From positions 1,153 to 65,152 of the forward strand of contig JABIFG010000231.1 in NCBI GenBank assembly GCA_018650795.1: DNA of 64,000 bases. The letters are read 5' to 3'. Made by a program: the position numbers and the translations under genes. Origin of the DNA: Fidelibacterota bacterium. GTDB lineage: Bacteria > Fidelibacterota > UBA8477 > JABMPR01. Below the pieces are notes generated by a model that saw nothing but the letters and a program-made list of their open reading frames with translations, searched no databases and had not been told where the DNA came from. Each line of letters begins with the position of its first letter. The stretch's first letter is position 1. Below are positions 8,476 to 18,040 of the stretch, in pieces.

Positions 8476-10116
8476 ATGAAAACAACAACGTTGCGACTCG
8501 TACTTTTGATATGTGTAAGCCTACTATTTCTGACCAACTGTGAAGATATTCTCGATGAAAGTGATGTCTCTCCAGAGGATTCAGCAGCTGCGTCAGCCCT
8601 TACTGCAGATGCTAATGCATCTCTCCTCCTCTTAATGGGGGATTTGCTGAGCGCTGATCCAGATTCTGCTCATATGATTCTTAACAGTCTTGATCTGAAC
8701 GATCCTCATAATTTTTATGCACAAGCTCATGAATTGGATTGGCGGAATCAGGATGCCAATTTTGGACTAGGCTTTACCAGCGTCCTCATACTTTCCCAGA
8801 ATACTGACCTCAGTTCAACATATGGAACAAATGCGAAAGTATTTGAACCATTCCGCACTGAGGACGAGTCGTCCAATACTGTCGGATATGGCTTTGGCCT
8901 ACCTCTTTCAACAAATCGAGTTAATGGAATGATAGCCTCCTATTTTGAATTTCCATTGGCATCTGCCCGCATAAATTTCGAGCATATCGGTGCCTTCAAT
9001 GCCTTCCAGACCAATGTTGTTGATAATTTCTTACCCATGATTGATGCAGGTCTTTCAGCGCTTGATTCTCTCGACAATGATCCAGCTTATGTTTTCAATC
9101 TTGGAACAGGTGTTCAAGTTGCTCATATCGACATCATCGCCATGGAATCTTCACTGTTTGCCATTCAGGGAATCTTTAAGAGCTTGGCTGCCTATAATTA
9201 TGAATTGGATACACAAGATGCAGCAGGGATTATTGCAGGATTGTCACTGGGATCAAGTTTTGGCACTCTGAATGTTGATGGTGCCAGTCTGCTCAGCGAA
9301 GCCCACGCCTCTGCATTAACATCTATTGAGCGAGCTGAGACTGTTATAGGCATGCTTGAAGCTGAAACACCTGAAATAGATCACTTCTTTGTTCAATTCA
9401 ATCGAGATGCATTATCTCAGGCACATGCTGATTTAGATGGGCTAAATGGTGCTCTCTCTGGTACGATCATGGTGGAATATGGTTATTCTGATGAACGCGG
9501 TGACATAGCTATTGATGGTAGCGCATCAATAAATATCTCGCAGTATTATTTAAATTCCGTCACTGATTTTAAGACCTTGCTACCACTCTATAGCATGAGT
9601 ACTACCACAGACTACAATTACAATCAAGTCACCTTAAACGAGCAGATTAATTTTGAAGAAACAACAGTAACTCTCACAGGGCTCAACAACACACCCATTG
9701 CAATTAATATTCAGTATAGTGAAAGCAATGGTGACACTTCTGCAACCGTTTCACTGGGATTCTTAACCTTTAATTTGTTAACAGCAACTCAGAGCGACTT
9801 GCCGGTAGCAATCTGGGATCTTTGGGCTGAATTTCTGGTAACCGTTGGTGATTATTCGGGTGAACTCTTTAATTATCCGGAAATATCGTTCCAATGGAGC
9901 GGTTTTATCACGACAGGCTCGAGTCTTACTATTGATGGGAATATTGCAGTTGATTATCTGGAGCGAACATCATCATATACAGCACCGGATATCCAATGGA
10001 CTGCGAGTAGTTATGGTGAATGGCTGGCAGCTTGGGGTGACCCCACAGTACAGGGAATGTTTCCCGATTTTCTGGCTGAAGATTTAGCATATTTGCTAGG
10101 GATTACCTGGGAATAG
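8476..10116 (+). CDS. Hypothetical acidic lipoprotein
   Basis: Signal peptide ending FLTNC, then EDILDESD. 546-aa ORF with an upstream purine-rich RBS and a downstream terminator. Confidence 0.7.
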   Translation: MKTTTLRLVLLICVSLLFLTNCEDILDESDVSPEDSAAASALTADANASLLLLMGDLLSADPDSAHMILNSLDLNDPHNFYAQAHELDWRNQDANFGLGFTSVLILSQNTDLSSTYGTNAKVFEPFRTEDESSNTVGYGFGLPLSTNRVNGMIASYFEFPLASARINFEHIGAFNAFQTNVVDNFLPMIDAGLSALDSLDNDPAYVFNLGTGVQVAHIDIIAMESSLFAIQGIFKSLAAYNYELDTQDAAGIIAGLSLGSSFGTLNVDGASLLSEAHASALTSIERAETVIGMLEAETPEIDHFFVQFNRDALSQAHADLDGLNGALSGTIMVEYGYSDERGDIAIDGSASINISQYYLNSVTDFKTLLPLYSMSTTTDYNYNQVTLNEQINFEETTVTLTGLNNTPIAINIQYSESNGDTSATVSLGFLTFNLLTATQSDLPVAIWDLWAEFLVTVGDYSGELFNYPEISFQWSGFITTGSSLTIDGNIAVDYLERTSSYTAPDIQWTASSYGEWLAAWGDPTVQGMFPDFLAEDLAYLLGITWE

Positions 10117-10133
10117 ATAAATAAACTATGGTC

Positions 10134-10169
10134 AAAAAAAAGAGGGCAGTATCACTGCCCTCTTTTTTT
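10134..10169. terminator. Bidirectional intrinsic terminator
   Basis: A-tract, AGAGGGCAGT-atc-ACTGCCCTCT, T-tract, lying between convergent genes. Confidence 0.9.
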
Positions 10170-10186
10170 AACGCTGAATATCTTAT

Positions 10187-11089
10187 TTAAGACGCAGGAG
10201 GAGGATCTGGAAGTAAGTTAGCTAATTCCTTCTTGTAGCGATTAAGACCAGATTTTGAATACTCAAAGATTTTGTCATTTCCACTTACTTTAACCAACAA
10301 AAGTGCTCCGTTGGCTTCCTTGAGATGAAAAGTCAGTTTAACTTGGTTTCCGTTCTCAAAACCAAGCACCATATTTTGATAGAAAGTATTATTGACTTCA
10401 ATTTCAGAAGCAAAGTTGCTGGCTTTTAAATTTTCAAGGGGACGCAACATATTTACTACTTTTTCAAAATCAACCTGCTGACCATTATAAGTCCATACCG
10501 GTCCTTCGCGCTGCAGAACATAATTTATTTCACCTTTCAGTTGAACATGATTAATCTGATTCACGTCGAGGTGAGTCATGCTCCTATCCCAGAAATCATT
10601 CTGAGTCATTGTTTTGTACCGGCTCAAATTAGCTTTAACAGCATAGACTTCGTCTTCTGACATCTCTCTCACGAAGGTTTCCTGATAATTTGCACCTTGT
10701 TTACCGATAATCAGGCGAAGCAGCTCCTGGTCGCCTGCAGTTCTGGCAAGGACAACACCGCCTCCATCAGAAACTTCATACTTTGAATGCTTCTCTGGAT
10801 TCAGTGTGACAAGTCGATCAATTTGTAAATCTGAAATAAGATCCAGGAATTGATTCAGCTTCACCGTATCGACTGGATAGTTGTCCAAACTCCAGTTCCC
10901 ATTTGTTTGAATAAATCCGAGGACAACATCAGAGCTGTTTAGTTCAATCTCAGCAATCTCATTCTTATCAAATTCGAACTTATGGATATCGATGCTTTTA
11001 GTGTCTACAGCCCCAGTCTGTGTCAGATAATACAATAAGGCCAGTATTCCAAGAAATCCAGCTGCATAGAGGGTTTGATTATTTTTCAT
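10187..11089 (-). CDS. DUF4340-like periplasmic protein
   Basis: N-terminal membrane anchor and two repeated units (W...vD..K...l..l..L). LIIGK...TFVR...VYAV motif. Lies directly after a GldG-like gene. Confidence 0.75.
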   Translation of the reverse strand: MKNNQTLYAAGFLGILALLYYLTQTGAVDTKSIDIHKFEFDKNEIAEIELNSSDVVLGFIQTNGNWSLDNYPVDTVKLNQFLDLISDLQIDRLVTLNPEKHSKYEVSDGGGVVLARTAGDQELLRLIIGKQGANYQETFVREMSEDEVYAVKANLSRYKTMTQNDFWDRSMTHLDVNQINHVQLKGEINYVLQREGPVWTYNGQQVDFEKVVNMLRPLENLKASNFASEIEVNNTFYQNMVLGFENGNQVKLTFHLKEANGALLLVKVSGNDKIFEYSKSGLNRYKKELANLLPDPPPAS

Positions 11090-11091
11090 GA

Positions 11092-12678
11092 TCAGGCTCC
11101 AGCAAGATATTTTATTTTATTGCGCATATACCAGCGGATAACACCAAATAACACAATGAGTAGTGGGGCAAGAAGGATATTTATCCACTTCAGTGCTTGA
11201 CGTTTGCCACTCGTCATCTCATCTAGTTGAGAGGGCTGAACATTTTTCGAGCGAATAGATATCAACCCATTTCGGTCATGCAACCAGTCCACAGTATTCA
11301 ACAGAAAGGTGAGGCTGGCAGGAACCATGAATTGCTGTGATGTGAATGTGGCATTACCAAGAGCTACCATAACTGTAGGGGTGATGGATTCAGCCAGGTG
11401 CATTTCGGGAAATGAGATGGAATCAGGCCTGGTGCTTCCAAACCATGACGAATATTCACCCTCAAGTACTGCCGAAATTGTCTTAGCGCCCTCACGATAC
11501 ATATAATCTGGAATCTGCTGACCGGCAGAAATATTGATCGATCTGGTCCTTTGATCAGGCATAGCGAAACCAGTCATATCAGATGTATACATGAGTGGTG
11601 TGAAAGATACTTTGGTGGTATCACCGGTTCGTGAAACTTCATTCACAAAGAAAAAGCCCAACTCATTCAAACGATTTACAATGGGATTGTCTTCATTAAG
11701 ATTTGAGATACGCGGGGCAAAGGGATAATCCATGGCAACGGGAATCTGCATAAATCCCAGGTTTTGCATGGCCTGAACCTGATATGATGTTTTGTCGAGA
11801 AGTAGCTGGTTACCATATTTCATACCAAAATGTTCCAAAAATAGGAAAAGGTTACTCCCATTCTCCTGAACAGGCATGTACTGGTTTTGCATATCAATGA
11901 TTTTCTTATTCAGAAAAAGACCTAGCCGACCTCCTCTTAAAATGAACTGGTCCAATTTATAAAGATCCAGGTCATTGAATTCTGCTGTGGCTCCAGCGAG
12001 AATAAGCGTATTGATATCCTGGGGAATTTGCTCCTCTGAACTCAAGTTGAGTTCAACAAGCTCATAGTTCTTCTGAATTTCTCCAGTCGCCCGTGCAACA
12101 CCCTCCTGTCCCAGAGCCTGTTCACCATGACCAGTCAACCAACCAATTTTTGGAAGACTTCCCAGGCTTAGCTTCTTGATGGCACCAGTCATATCATATT
12201 CGAGTTGTTCTATTTGTTGTGCAAAAGGTATAACTTCTTTCTGGTCTCCATACAGGAATACAATTCCCAGATAGATTCTCTGTACTTTAATCTCATCACT
12301 TTCAGTAATATTAGCCTGGACGGGTTGAATGCCATAAGACATGGCTTCTTGCTCAAGTTCCTCATTCTCACCAGAGATCGGAATAAATTCATACTCCAGC
12401 GATGAACCAGCATAGGCTCTATATTCATTGAGCATATCCAGGACATATTGTTTTACAGATATAAGTTGACGTGGAAAATTCTCAGAGAAGTAGACTTTGA
12501 CAGTGATTGGTTCATCAATATCAGCCAGAATGTTTCGTGTGACATCACTGATGGAATAACGCTCATTTTCTGTCAAATCAAATCGTAAAAAAAGCTGCTG
12601 TGCGAAAAGATTTACCAGGAAAACAACACCGATAACAATAAGGGTAAAGGACCAGGTATTTTTTGTATTCATGATCAC
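11092..12678 (-). CDS. gldG: GldG-like ABC transporter auxiliary component
   Basis: RFDLTENERYSIS, LEYDMTGAI, GWLTGHGE, LDQFILRGG and FLLNTVDWL...LISIRSK. Transmembrane helices at both ends. Confidence 0.85.
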   Translation of the reverse strand: MIMNTKNTWSFTLIVIGVVFLVNLFAQQLFLRFDLTENERYSISDVTRNILADIDEPITVKVYFSENFPRQLISVKQYVLDMLNEYRAYAGSSLEYEFIPISGENEELEQEAMSYGIQPVQANITESDEIKVQRIYLGIVFLYGDQKEVIPFAQQIEQLEYDMTGAIKKLSLGSLPKIGWLTGHGEQALGQEGVARATGEIQKNYELVELNLSSEEQIPQDINTLILAGATAEFNDLDLYKLDQFILRGGRLGLFLNKKIIDMQNQYMPVQENGSNLFLFLEHFGMKYGNQLLLDKTSYQVQAMQNLGFMQIPVAMDYPFAPRISNLNEDNPIVNRLNELGFFFVNEVSRTGDTTKVSFTPLMYTSDMTGFAMPDQRTRSINISAGQQIPDYMYREGAKTISAVLEGEYSSWFGSTRPDSISFPEMHLAESITPTVMVALGNATFTSQQFMVPASLTFLLNTVDWLHDRNGLISIRSKNVQPSQLDEMTSGKRQALKWINILLAPLLIVLFGVIRWYMRNKIKYLAGA

Positions 12679-12684
12679 TCCTCC

Positions 12685-13404
12685 CTATTTACTTTTACGA
12701 CTTGCGAGAGCCGTACTGCTTATCAGTAGTGATGCAATTATCAGAGAAATGAAATACAACAGATCACGCGTATCCAGCACACCTCTAAAAAAGTTCTGAT
12801 AATGAAATCGAATACTTAGGTTTTCAAAAAGTGTGGCTATGAGGCCAGAACCATTCGCCATGCCGTTCATGAGGAAAAAGAAAGCTATGATGACAATGCC
12901 CATGATATATGCAATGATCTGATTACGCGTAAAGCTGCTAGCAGCTAAACCCATGGCCAGATAGGTGGCACCCAGGAAAAAGAAACCGATATAACTGCTA
13001 ATCACGATTCCAGAATCAAGATCACCAACAAATGAGATGGATATTGGGGCAACCAGAGTTCCACCAAGAATTATTGCAAAAATTACCAATGTAGATAAAT
13101 ACTTACCAATAATGATCTGCATATCAGTAATGGGCATAGTTACTAACAATTCCAGAGTATCCTGATGCTTTTCTTCAGAGATCAAACGCATGGATACTGC
13201 TGGGGCGATAAAAAGTAAAACAATGGCTCCGTAATCAAATATTCCCCGGATATCCGCAATGTTAATAGCGAAAAATGGATAATCACCATAATCAAAGAAG
13301 AGCCAGTTGGTGATGACGAGGAATGAGGATATTACGATGAAGGCGATAGGTGAATTAAAATAAGTCTTCATCTCTTTTCTATAGATGGCTAGAATTTCAG
13401 ACAT
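12685..13404 (-). CDS. gldF: GldF-like ABC-2 permease
   Basis: KEMKTYFNSPIAF, PAVSMRLISEE...TLELLVT, IIIGKY and RGVLDTRDLLYF. Confidence 0.85.
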   Translation of the reverse strand: MSEILAIYRKEMKTYFNSPIAFIVISSFLVITNWLFFDYGDYPFFAINIADIRGIFDYGAIVLLFIAPAVSMRLISEEKHQDTLELLVTMPITDMQIIIGKYLSTLVIFAIILGGTLVAPISISFVGDLDSGIVISSYIGFFFLGATYLAMGLAASSFTRNQIIAYIMGIVIIAFFFLMNGMANGSGLIATLFENLSIRFHYQNFFRGVLDTRDLLYFISLIIASLLISSTALASRKSK

Positions 13405-13415
13405 GCACAGGTTCC

Positions 13416-14345
13416 TTAATTAGTCAATTTTCTAAACACATCTTCAAGAGTGAATGAAGATGGAGAGGATTCAAGTATTTTCCATTGGTTGCTTACGGCA
13501 AGATCAAATAATTGTTCTCGAAGATCAACACCTGCATCTACTTTAAGAGCCGCTTCAAGATCACCGTTCTTTTGTAGTTTGATATCTTCCATATGAACTT
13601 GATCAATACCATTAACAACTTCTATGAATTTTGATTTATCGGCATCACGGAGCACTATATCAAGGTGCATCTGTCCAGCTACACTGGCTTTGAGCTCCTC
13701 AGCAGTACCCTGGGCGGCGATTTGACCCTGATCAATGATCAATACCCGATCGCTGGTTGCCTGGACTTCCTGCATGATATGAGTGGAGAATATTACGGTC
13801 TTACTTTCACCAAGCTCGCGGATAAGATTTCTAATCTCAATAATTTGATTTGGGTCTAAACCGGTGGTAGGCTCATCTAAAACCAGAATTTCTGGATCAT
13901 GAATAATTGCCTGAGCAAATCCCACTCTTTGACGGTATCCCTTTGATAATTCATGGATATCCTTGTGAATAACCTTGGAAAGTCCCGTGACTGAAATAAC
14001 CCGATCCATTGCCCTGCTACGGTCAGCGCCATTTACTTTGCGTACATCGGCTATAAAATGCAAATAATCGCGAACCCCCATCTCTTCATAGAGAGGTGTA
14101 GATTCTGGCAAGTAACCAATTTTTTTTCTAACACCCATAGAATCATTGATGACATCCAGGCCATCAACTGTAATTCTTCCACCTGTTGGAGGCATGTAGC
14201 AGGTAATCATTTTCATCATAGTGGTTTTTCCAGCGCCATTTGGCCCTAGAAAACCAAGAATTTCCCCTTGCTCCACTGAGAATGATACATCTTTTACTGC
14301 TTCAAATGCTCCATAAGCTTTGGTAACATTTTGTACATCTATCAC
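13416..14345 (-). CDS. gldA: GldA-like ABC transporter ATP-binding protein
   Basis: GPNGAGKTT, LSKGYRQRVG, LVLDEPTTGLDPNQ and STHI. Confidence 0.9.
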   Translation of the reverse strand: MIDVQNVTKAYGAFEAVKDVSFSVEQGEILGFLGPNGAGKTTMMKMITCYMPPTGGRITVDGLDVINDSMGVRKKIGYLPESTPLYEEMGVRDYLHFIADVRKVNGADRSRAMDRVISVTGLSKVIHKDIHELSKGYRQRVGFAQAIIHDPEILVLDEPTTGLDPNQIIEIRNLIRELGESKTVIFSTHIMQEVQATSDRVLIIDQGQIAAQGTAEELKASVAGQMHLDIVLRDADKSKFIEVVNGIDQVHMEDIKLQKNGDLEAALKVDAGVDLREQLFDLAVSNQWKILESSPSSFTLEDVFRKLTN

Positions 14346-15250
14346 GTGTTGTCTCCCTGATTAGATTTAACCTTTGTACGATTGACCAGATCAATAGCCA
14401 TAGTTAATGCCTTACCCGACTCAAGTTCATCGCTTTTTGCTTTGGCAAATTTGATAAAATCGGCTTTTTCTAATAATCCCTGAGTTTCGTTAATCATGTC
14501 TGTATCGAATTCACTTATGGAATTCATGGTAATGAGGAATTCTGATGTGGTTTGCTCAAGTGCATCCACGAGATAACGATTCTCATAATATTGTTTTAGA
14601 ATATAGGTCAGTTCTGAATAGAAGTCCTTGAACTGTTCAAAACGAATATATTTTGATCGTTTTAATGATTCAAAAGCCCTTAGTGCAATGACATGTGCTT
14701 CTTCTGGGGGCACTATTATTTTCAATTGACGGTTTTCTGCCTTCGATTTGAATAAGCGCTTAATTAGAAAATGAATCATATAACCGACTATGAGCACTAT
14801 AATAAATATCAAGGCATAGAAGAGATTAAGAGGTGTTCTTATTTCATGAATGCCTTTGATGTCTCTAAAGCTTGTATCGCTGGCTGTTAAAATAGAGGAT
14901 ATTTCAAGCTCAGGGCCACGCAGGAATAGACTATCCAGCCCATGTGCATCTTCAACATAGACGATTGTTGAGGGAAATGTGTATACTCCGACAGAGTCAT
15001 ATATAGCTGCGGCGTAGAGTAAATTCGAACCGCCCTCAATCTGGGTAAGATCCCGGTTGAGAACTTCAATACCAGTGCCTTCCAGATCAATTTCACTGAA
15101 AGTTATATTTGCTCCATCAGGATGGTGAATATCCCAGCTAAAAGATAGAATATCCCCCAGGGAGCCCTTTAAGCTATTTCCTTGAAATTGTGCATCCAGC
15201 GCAAACAACTGAGTCAGGCTCAATGCAAATATGATTACTCTCAAGCTCAT
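14342..15250 (-). CDS. Bat-operon-associated membrane protein (BatD/DUF4381-like)
   Basis: Signal peptide, RDIKG, one transmembrane helix, then FYSELTYILKQY, ALEQTTSE and ADFIKFAK. Follows DUF58. Confidence 0.7.
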   Translation of the reverse strand: MSLRVIIFALSLTQLFALDAQFQGNSLKGSLGDILSFSWDIHHPDGANITFSEIDLEGTGIEVLNRDLTQIEGGSNLLYAAAIYDSVGVYTFPSTIVYVEDAHGLDSLFLRGPELEISSILTASDTSFRDIKGIHEIRTPLNLFYALIFIIVLIVGYMIHFLIKRLFKSKAENRQLKIIVPPEEAHVIALRAFESLKRSKYIRFEQFKDFYSELTYILKQYYENRYLVDALEQTTSEFLITMNSISEFDTDMINETQGLLEKADFIKFAKAKSDELESGKALTMAIDLVNRTKVKSNQGDNT

Positions 15251-16125
15251 CGCCTTCTGGAAGCCCTCTTTCTAAAGAAACTGATCAATGAATCGACATA
15301 GGGCACATCAGTCCGGATTGGCAGATAGTCCAGTCCGCTTGATTTGAAGAATGCTTGTAATTTGTTAAACCGTTCCTGGGATTTGACTTGATAGGTCTGT
15401 CTCAAAGAAGCATTACCCGTATTGATCAGCGAAGTCTCGCCTGTTTCACCATCATGAATCTGAATGAGTCCAAGATTTGGTAATTCAATTTCCCAGGGAT
15501 CCTGTAGATGAAATGACAACATATCATGTTTTCGACTGGCCTGTTTTATACTTCTTTCGTAATCTTTATCCAGAAAATCCGAAATCATAAAGGTGACCGA
15601 GCGTTTTCTGATAACTCGACTCATAAATTCGAGAGCAGTATTAATACTGGTACCCTGATGTTCAGGTTCATGGTTCAGCACTTCACGAATAACTCTAAGA
15701 ACATGTGAACGCCCTTTTCGAGGCGGGATATATTTCTCAACATGATCAGTAAAGATGATCAGTCCAACTTTATCATTGTTTTTTACCGCAGAAAATGCCA
15801 GGACGGCCGACAGTTCGGCGGCCAGAGCCCTTTTCATCTGTACGCGTGTACCAAATGCGCCCGATGCAGATGCATCCACCAGAATCATGACAGTAAGCTC
15901 GCGTTCTTCCTCAAATAGTTTGACATAAGGAACACCGGTTCTGGCCGAGACATTCCAGTCAATGGTACGGATATCATCACCAGGACTGTATTCCCTTACC
16001 TCCGCGAATTCCATTCCGCGACCTTTAAATACAGAGTGATATTCACCACCAAACACCTCATTGACGAGGTGCCTCGTGCTTAATTCAATTTTCTTTACTT
16101 TTTTTAATAAATCACGGTTTAGCAA
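15247..16125 (-). CDS. DUF58 (vWA-like) MoxR-associated protein
   Basis: GEYHSVFKGRGMEFAEVREYSPGDDIRTIDWNVSAR, VDASAS and ISDF. Confidence 0.93.
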   Translation of the reverse strand: MLNRDLLKKVKKIELSTRHLVNEVFGGEYHSVFKGRGMEFAEVREYSPGDDIRTIDWNVSARTGVPYVKLFEEERELTVMILVDASASGAFGTRVQMKRALAAELSAVLAFSAVKNNDKVGLIIFTDHVEKYIPPRKGRSHVLRVIREVLNHEPEHQGTSINTALEFMSRVIRKRSVTFMISDFLDKDYERSIKQASRKHDMLSFHLQDPWEIELPNLGLIQIHDGETGETSLINTGNASLRQTYQVKSQERFNKLQAFFKSSGLDYLPIRTDVPYVDSLISFFRKRASRRR

Positions 16126-16191
16126 AAGCCATTATTCCTTGCGAAATAATATATAATTTGATCATTGTGAACGCTGGGAGTTGTGATTGGA

Positions 16192-17184
16192 TCATGGAAC
16201 TTCAGTAATTTCGAAAATCCGCTGTACAATATCCTCACTGCTGACTTCTTCTGCTTCGGCTTCATAAGAAACCAGGACCCTGTGCCTTAGAACATCCATA
16301 CCTATAGCCCGAATATCATCAGGTGTTACATAGCCACGTTGATTAATAAAGGCGTTGGCTTTTGCAGCCAGAGCAAGATTAATGGATGCACGCGGGGAAG
16401 CACCATATTCAATGAGTGGCTCAAGATCAACCAAGCCTGCCTTAGCGGGATCACGGGTAGCTGTGACCAGAGAAACTATATATTTGAAAATCTTATCATC
16501 GATATAGATCTCATCTACCACATTGCGGGCGTCAAGAATATCAGCTTTTTTAATAACGGGCTTGATATCAAATTTTGGTTCAGGATGGGCCATACGCTTG
16601 ATGATTTCAAATTCTTCATCATCGCTGGGATAATCAACCTTCAGCTTAAGCATAAAACGATCGACTTGGGCTTCAGGCAAAGGGTAGGTGCCTTCCTGTT
16701 CGATGGGATTTTGAGTTGCAAGCACAAGAAATGGCTCTTCAAGTTTGTAAGTGGAATCGCCAATTGTGATCTGCTTCTCCTGCATGGATTCAAGCAAGGC
16801 CGCTTGAACTTTTGCTGGAGAACGGTTAATCTCATCAGCTAATATGATATTCCCAAAGAGCGGTCCTTTTTTTACAACAAATTCACCATTCTTTTGATTG
16901 TAAATCAAGGTACCCAGCAAATCAGCCGGCAAGAGGTCCGGAGTAAACTGGATACGATTGAAACTTGTATCTATGAGTTGAGCCAAAGTTTTAATGGTAA
17001 GTGTTTTTGCCAATCCTGGAACACCCTCCAATAAAATGTGACCATTGGAGAGCAAGCCGATGAGGATGCGCCTGATCATCCCCTGCTGTCCAACAACAAC
17101 TTTGGCAGCTTCTGACTCTAGTGTTTTAAGGAAAAGGCTTTTATCCTTAATCTTCTCATTAAGCTGTGTAAGATCAAATGTCAT
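16192..17184 (-). CDS. moxR: MoxR-family AAA+ ATPase
   Basis: LLEGVPGLAKT, RIQFTPDLLPAD, LADEINR, ATQNPIEQEGTYPLPEAQVDRF and GASPRA. Confidence 0.95.
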   Translation of the reverse strand: MTFDLTQLNEKIKDKSLFLKTLESEAAKVVVGQQGMIRRILIGLLSNGHILLEGVPGLAKTLTIKTLAQLIDTSFNRIQFTPDLLPADLLGTLIYNQKNGEFVVKKGPLFGNIILADEINRSPAKVQAALLESMQEKQITIGDSTYKLEEPFLVLATQNPIEQEGTYPLPEAQVDRFMLKLKVDYPSDDEEFEIIKRMAHPEPKFDIKPVIKKADILDARNVVDEIYIDDKIFKYIVSLVTATRDPAKAGLVDLEPLIEYGASPRASINLALAAKANAFINQRGYVTPDDIRAIGMDVLRHRVLVSYEAEAEEVSSEDIVQRIFEITEVP

Positions 17185-17202
17185 GTTTGAAAATCCTGTG
17201 AA

Positions 17203-17913
17203 TTATGATGTCTTGCTGAGTAAATGTTGTAATTCAGGTATCTCTTCTAAAGATTTACCTAGATATTTCAATTCAAACTCAACCGAGGGAGCCATTTCAT
17301 GATCGGGATACTCTTCAATAAACTTTGAATAATATTTTGCGGCTGCGTCGTTTTCACCAAGTTCATTGGCATAAATGTATCCAATTGAGAATAAGGCCTT
17401 CGGGGCCTGTTCAGAATCAGGATATTCTGCAACAATTTCGCCATATACTTCAATGGCTTTTTTAAGGTTGAGCACATTCTTGTGATACACTTCAGCAAAT
17501 TCATATTTGACAAAAACTGCTTCGGCATCATCTGAATATTTTTCCAACCAGAGCATATACATCCGAACTGCAGATTTGTTGGCCTGTACAGCGAGTGCCT
17601 GTTTGGCAAGATCACGTAAATCACCAGCTGAGTAATCGGTAATATCTGATAGTGTCGCCAAATAGAATAGATCAGCTTGATCAAGATCCCTTAGATAATT
17701 TGCTGCCAGATTTCCAGCTTCAATATTTGCTGCAACACGCTGATCGGCAGTTTCTGCTTTATTAATAGCGTTTACATAGGATTCAAGAGATGCAGTATAA
17801 TCTTTTGAATTTTGAAATTCACTACCTTGTGCAAGATATTCATCATACGATTTTCCACACGAAATGACGAGCATGCTCAAAATGATAATTCCCAGAATAA
17901 CTAATTTCTTCAT
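17203..17913 (-). CDS. Tetratricopeptide-repeat lipoprotein
   Basis: MKKLVILGIIILSMLVISC signal with lipobox (start 17913; the ORF track extends to 17964). Repeated Y..I...YPDS..AP.ALF..G units. Confidence 0.8.
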   Translation of the reverse strand: MKKLVILGIIILSMLVISCGKSYDEYLAQGSEFQNSKDYTASLESYVNAINKAETADQRVAANIEAGNLAANYLRDLDQADLFYLATLSDITDYSAGDLRDLAKQALAVQANKSAVRMYMLWLEKYSDDAEAVFVKYEFAEVYHKNVLNLKKAIEVYGEIVAEYPDSEQAPKALFSIGYIYANELGENDAAAKYYSKFIEEYPDHEMAPSVEFELKYLGKSLEEIPELQHLLSKTS

Positions 17914-18040
17914 TGTTTCTTTTCCTCTTGTTTCTTTTTCCTTTGAAACGCTTTGTTTAGACACTTTTGAAACACGCTCCCCTGGTTCGTCGCATCTTCT
18001 ACGACCTATAAGAATTCATGTTCCCTGCATTATAATTTTT

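Noticed and set aside
16339-16842. 167-aa plus-strand ORF, and the many other 60-140 aa ORFs overlapping long genes
   Set aside because: They are antisense or alternate-frame shadows of well-conserved genes and have no recognisable motifs.
17942-17973. CRISPR-like repeat (GTTTCAAA twice)
   Set aside because: There are only two 8-bp copies 24 bp apart, with no spacer-sized intervals and no cas genes.
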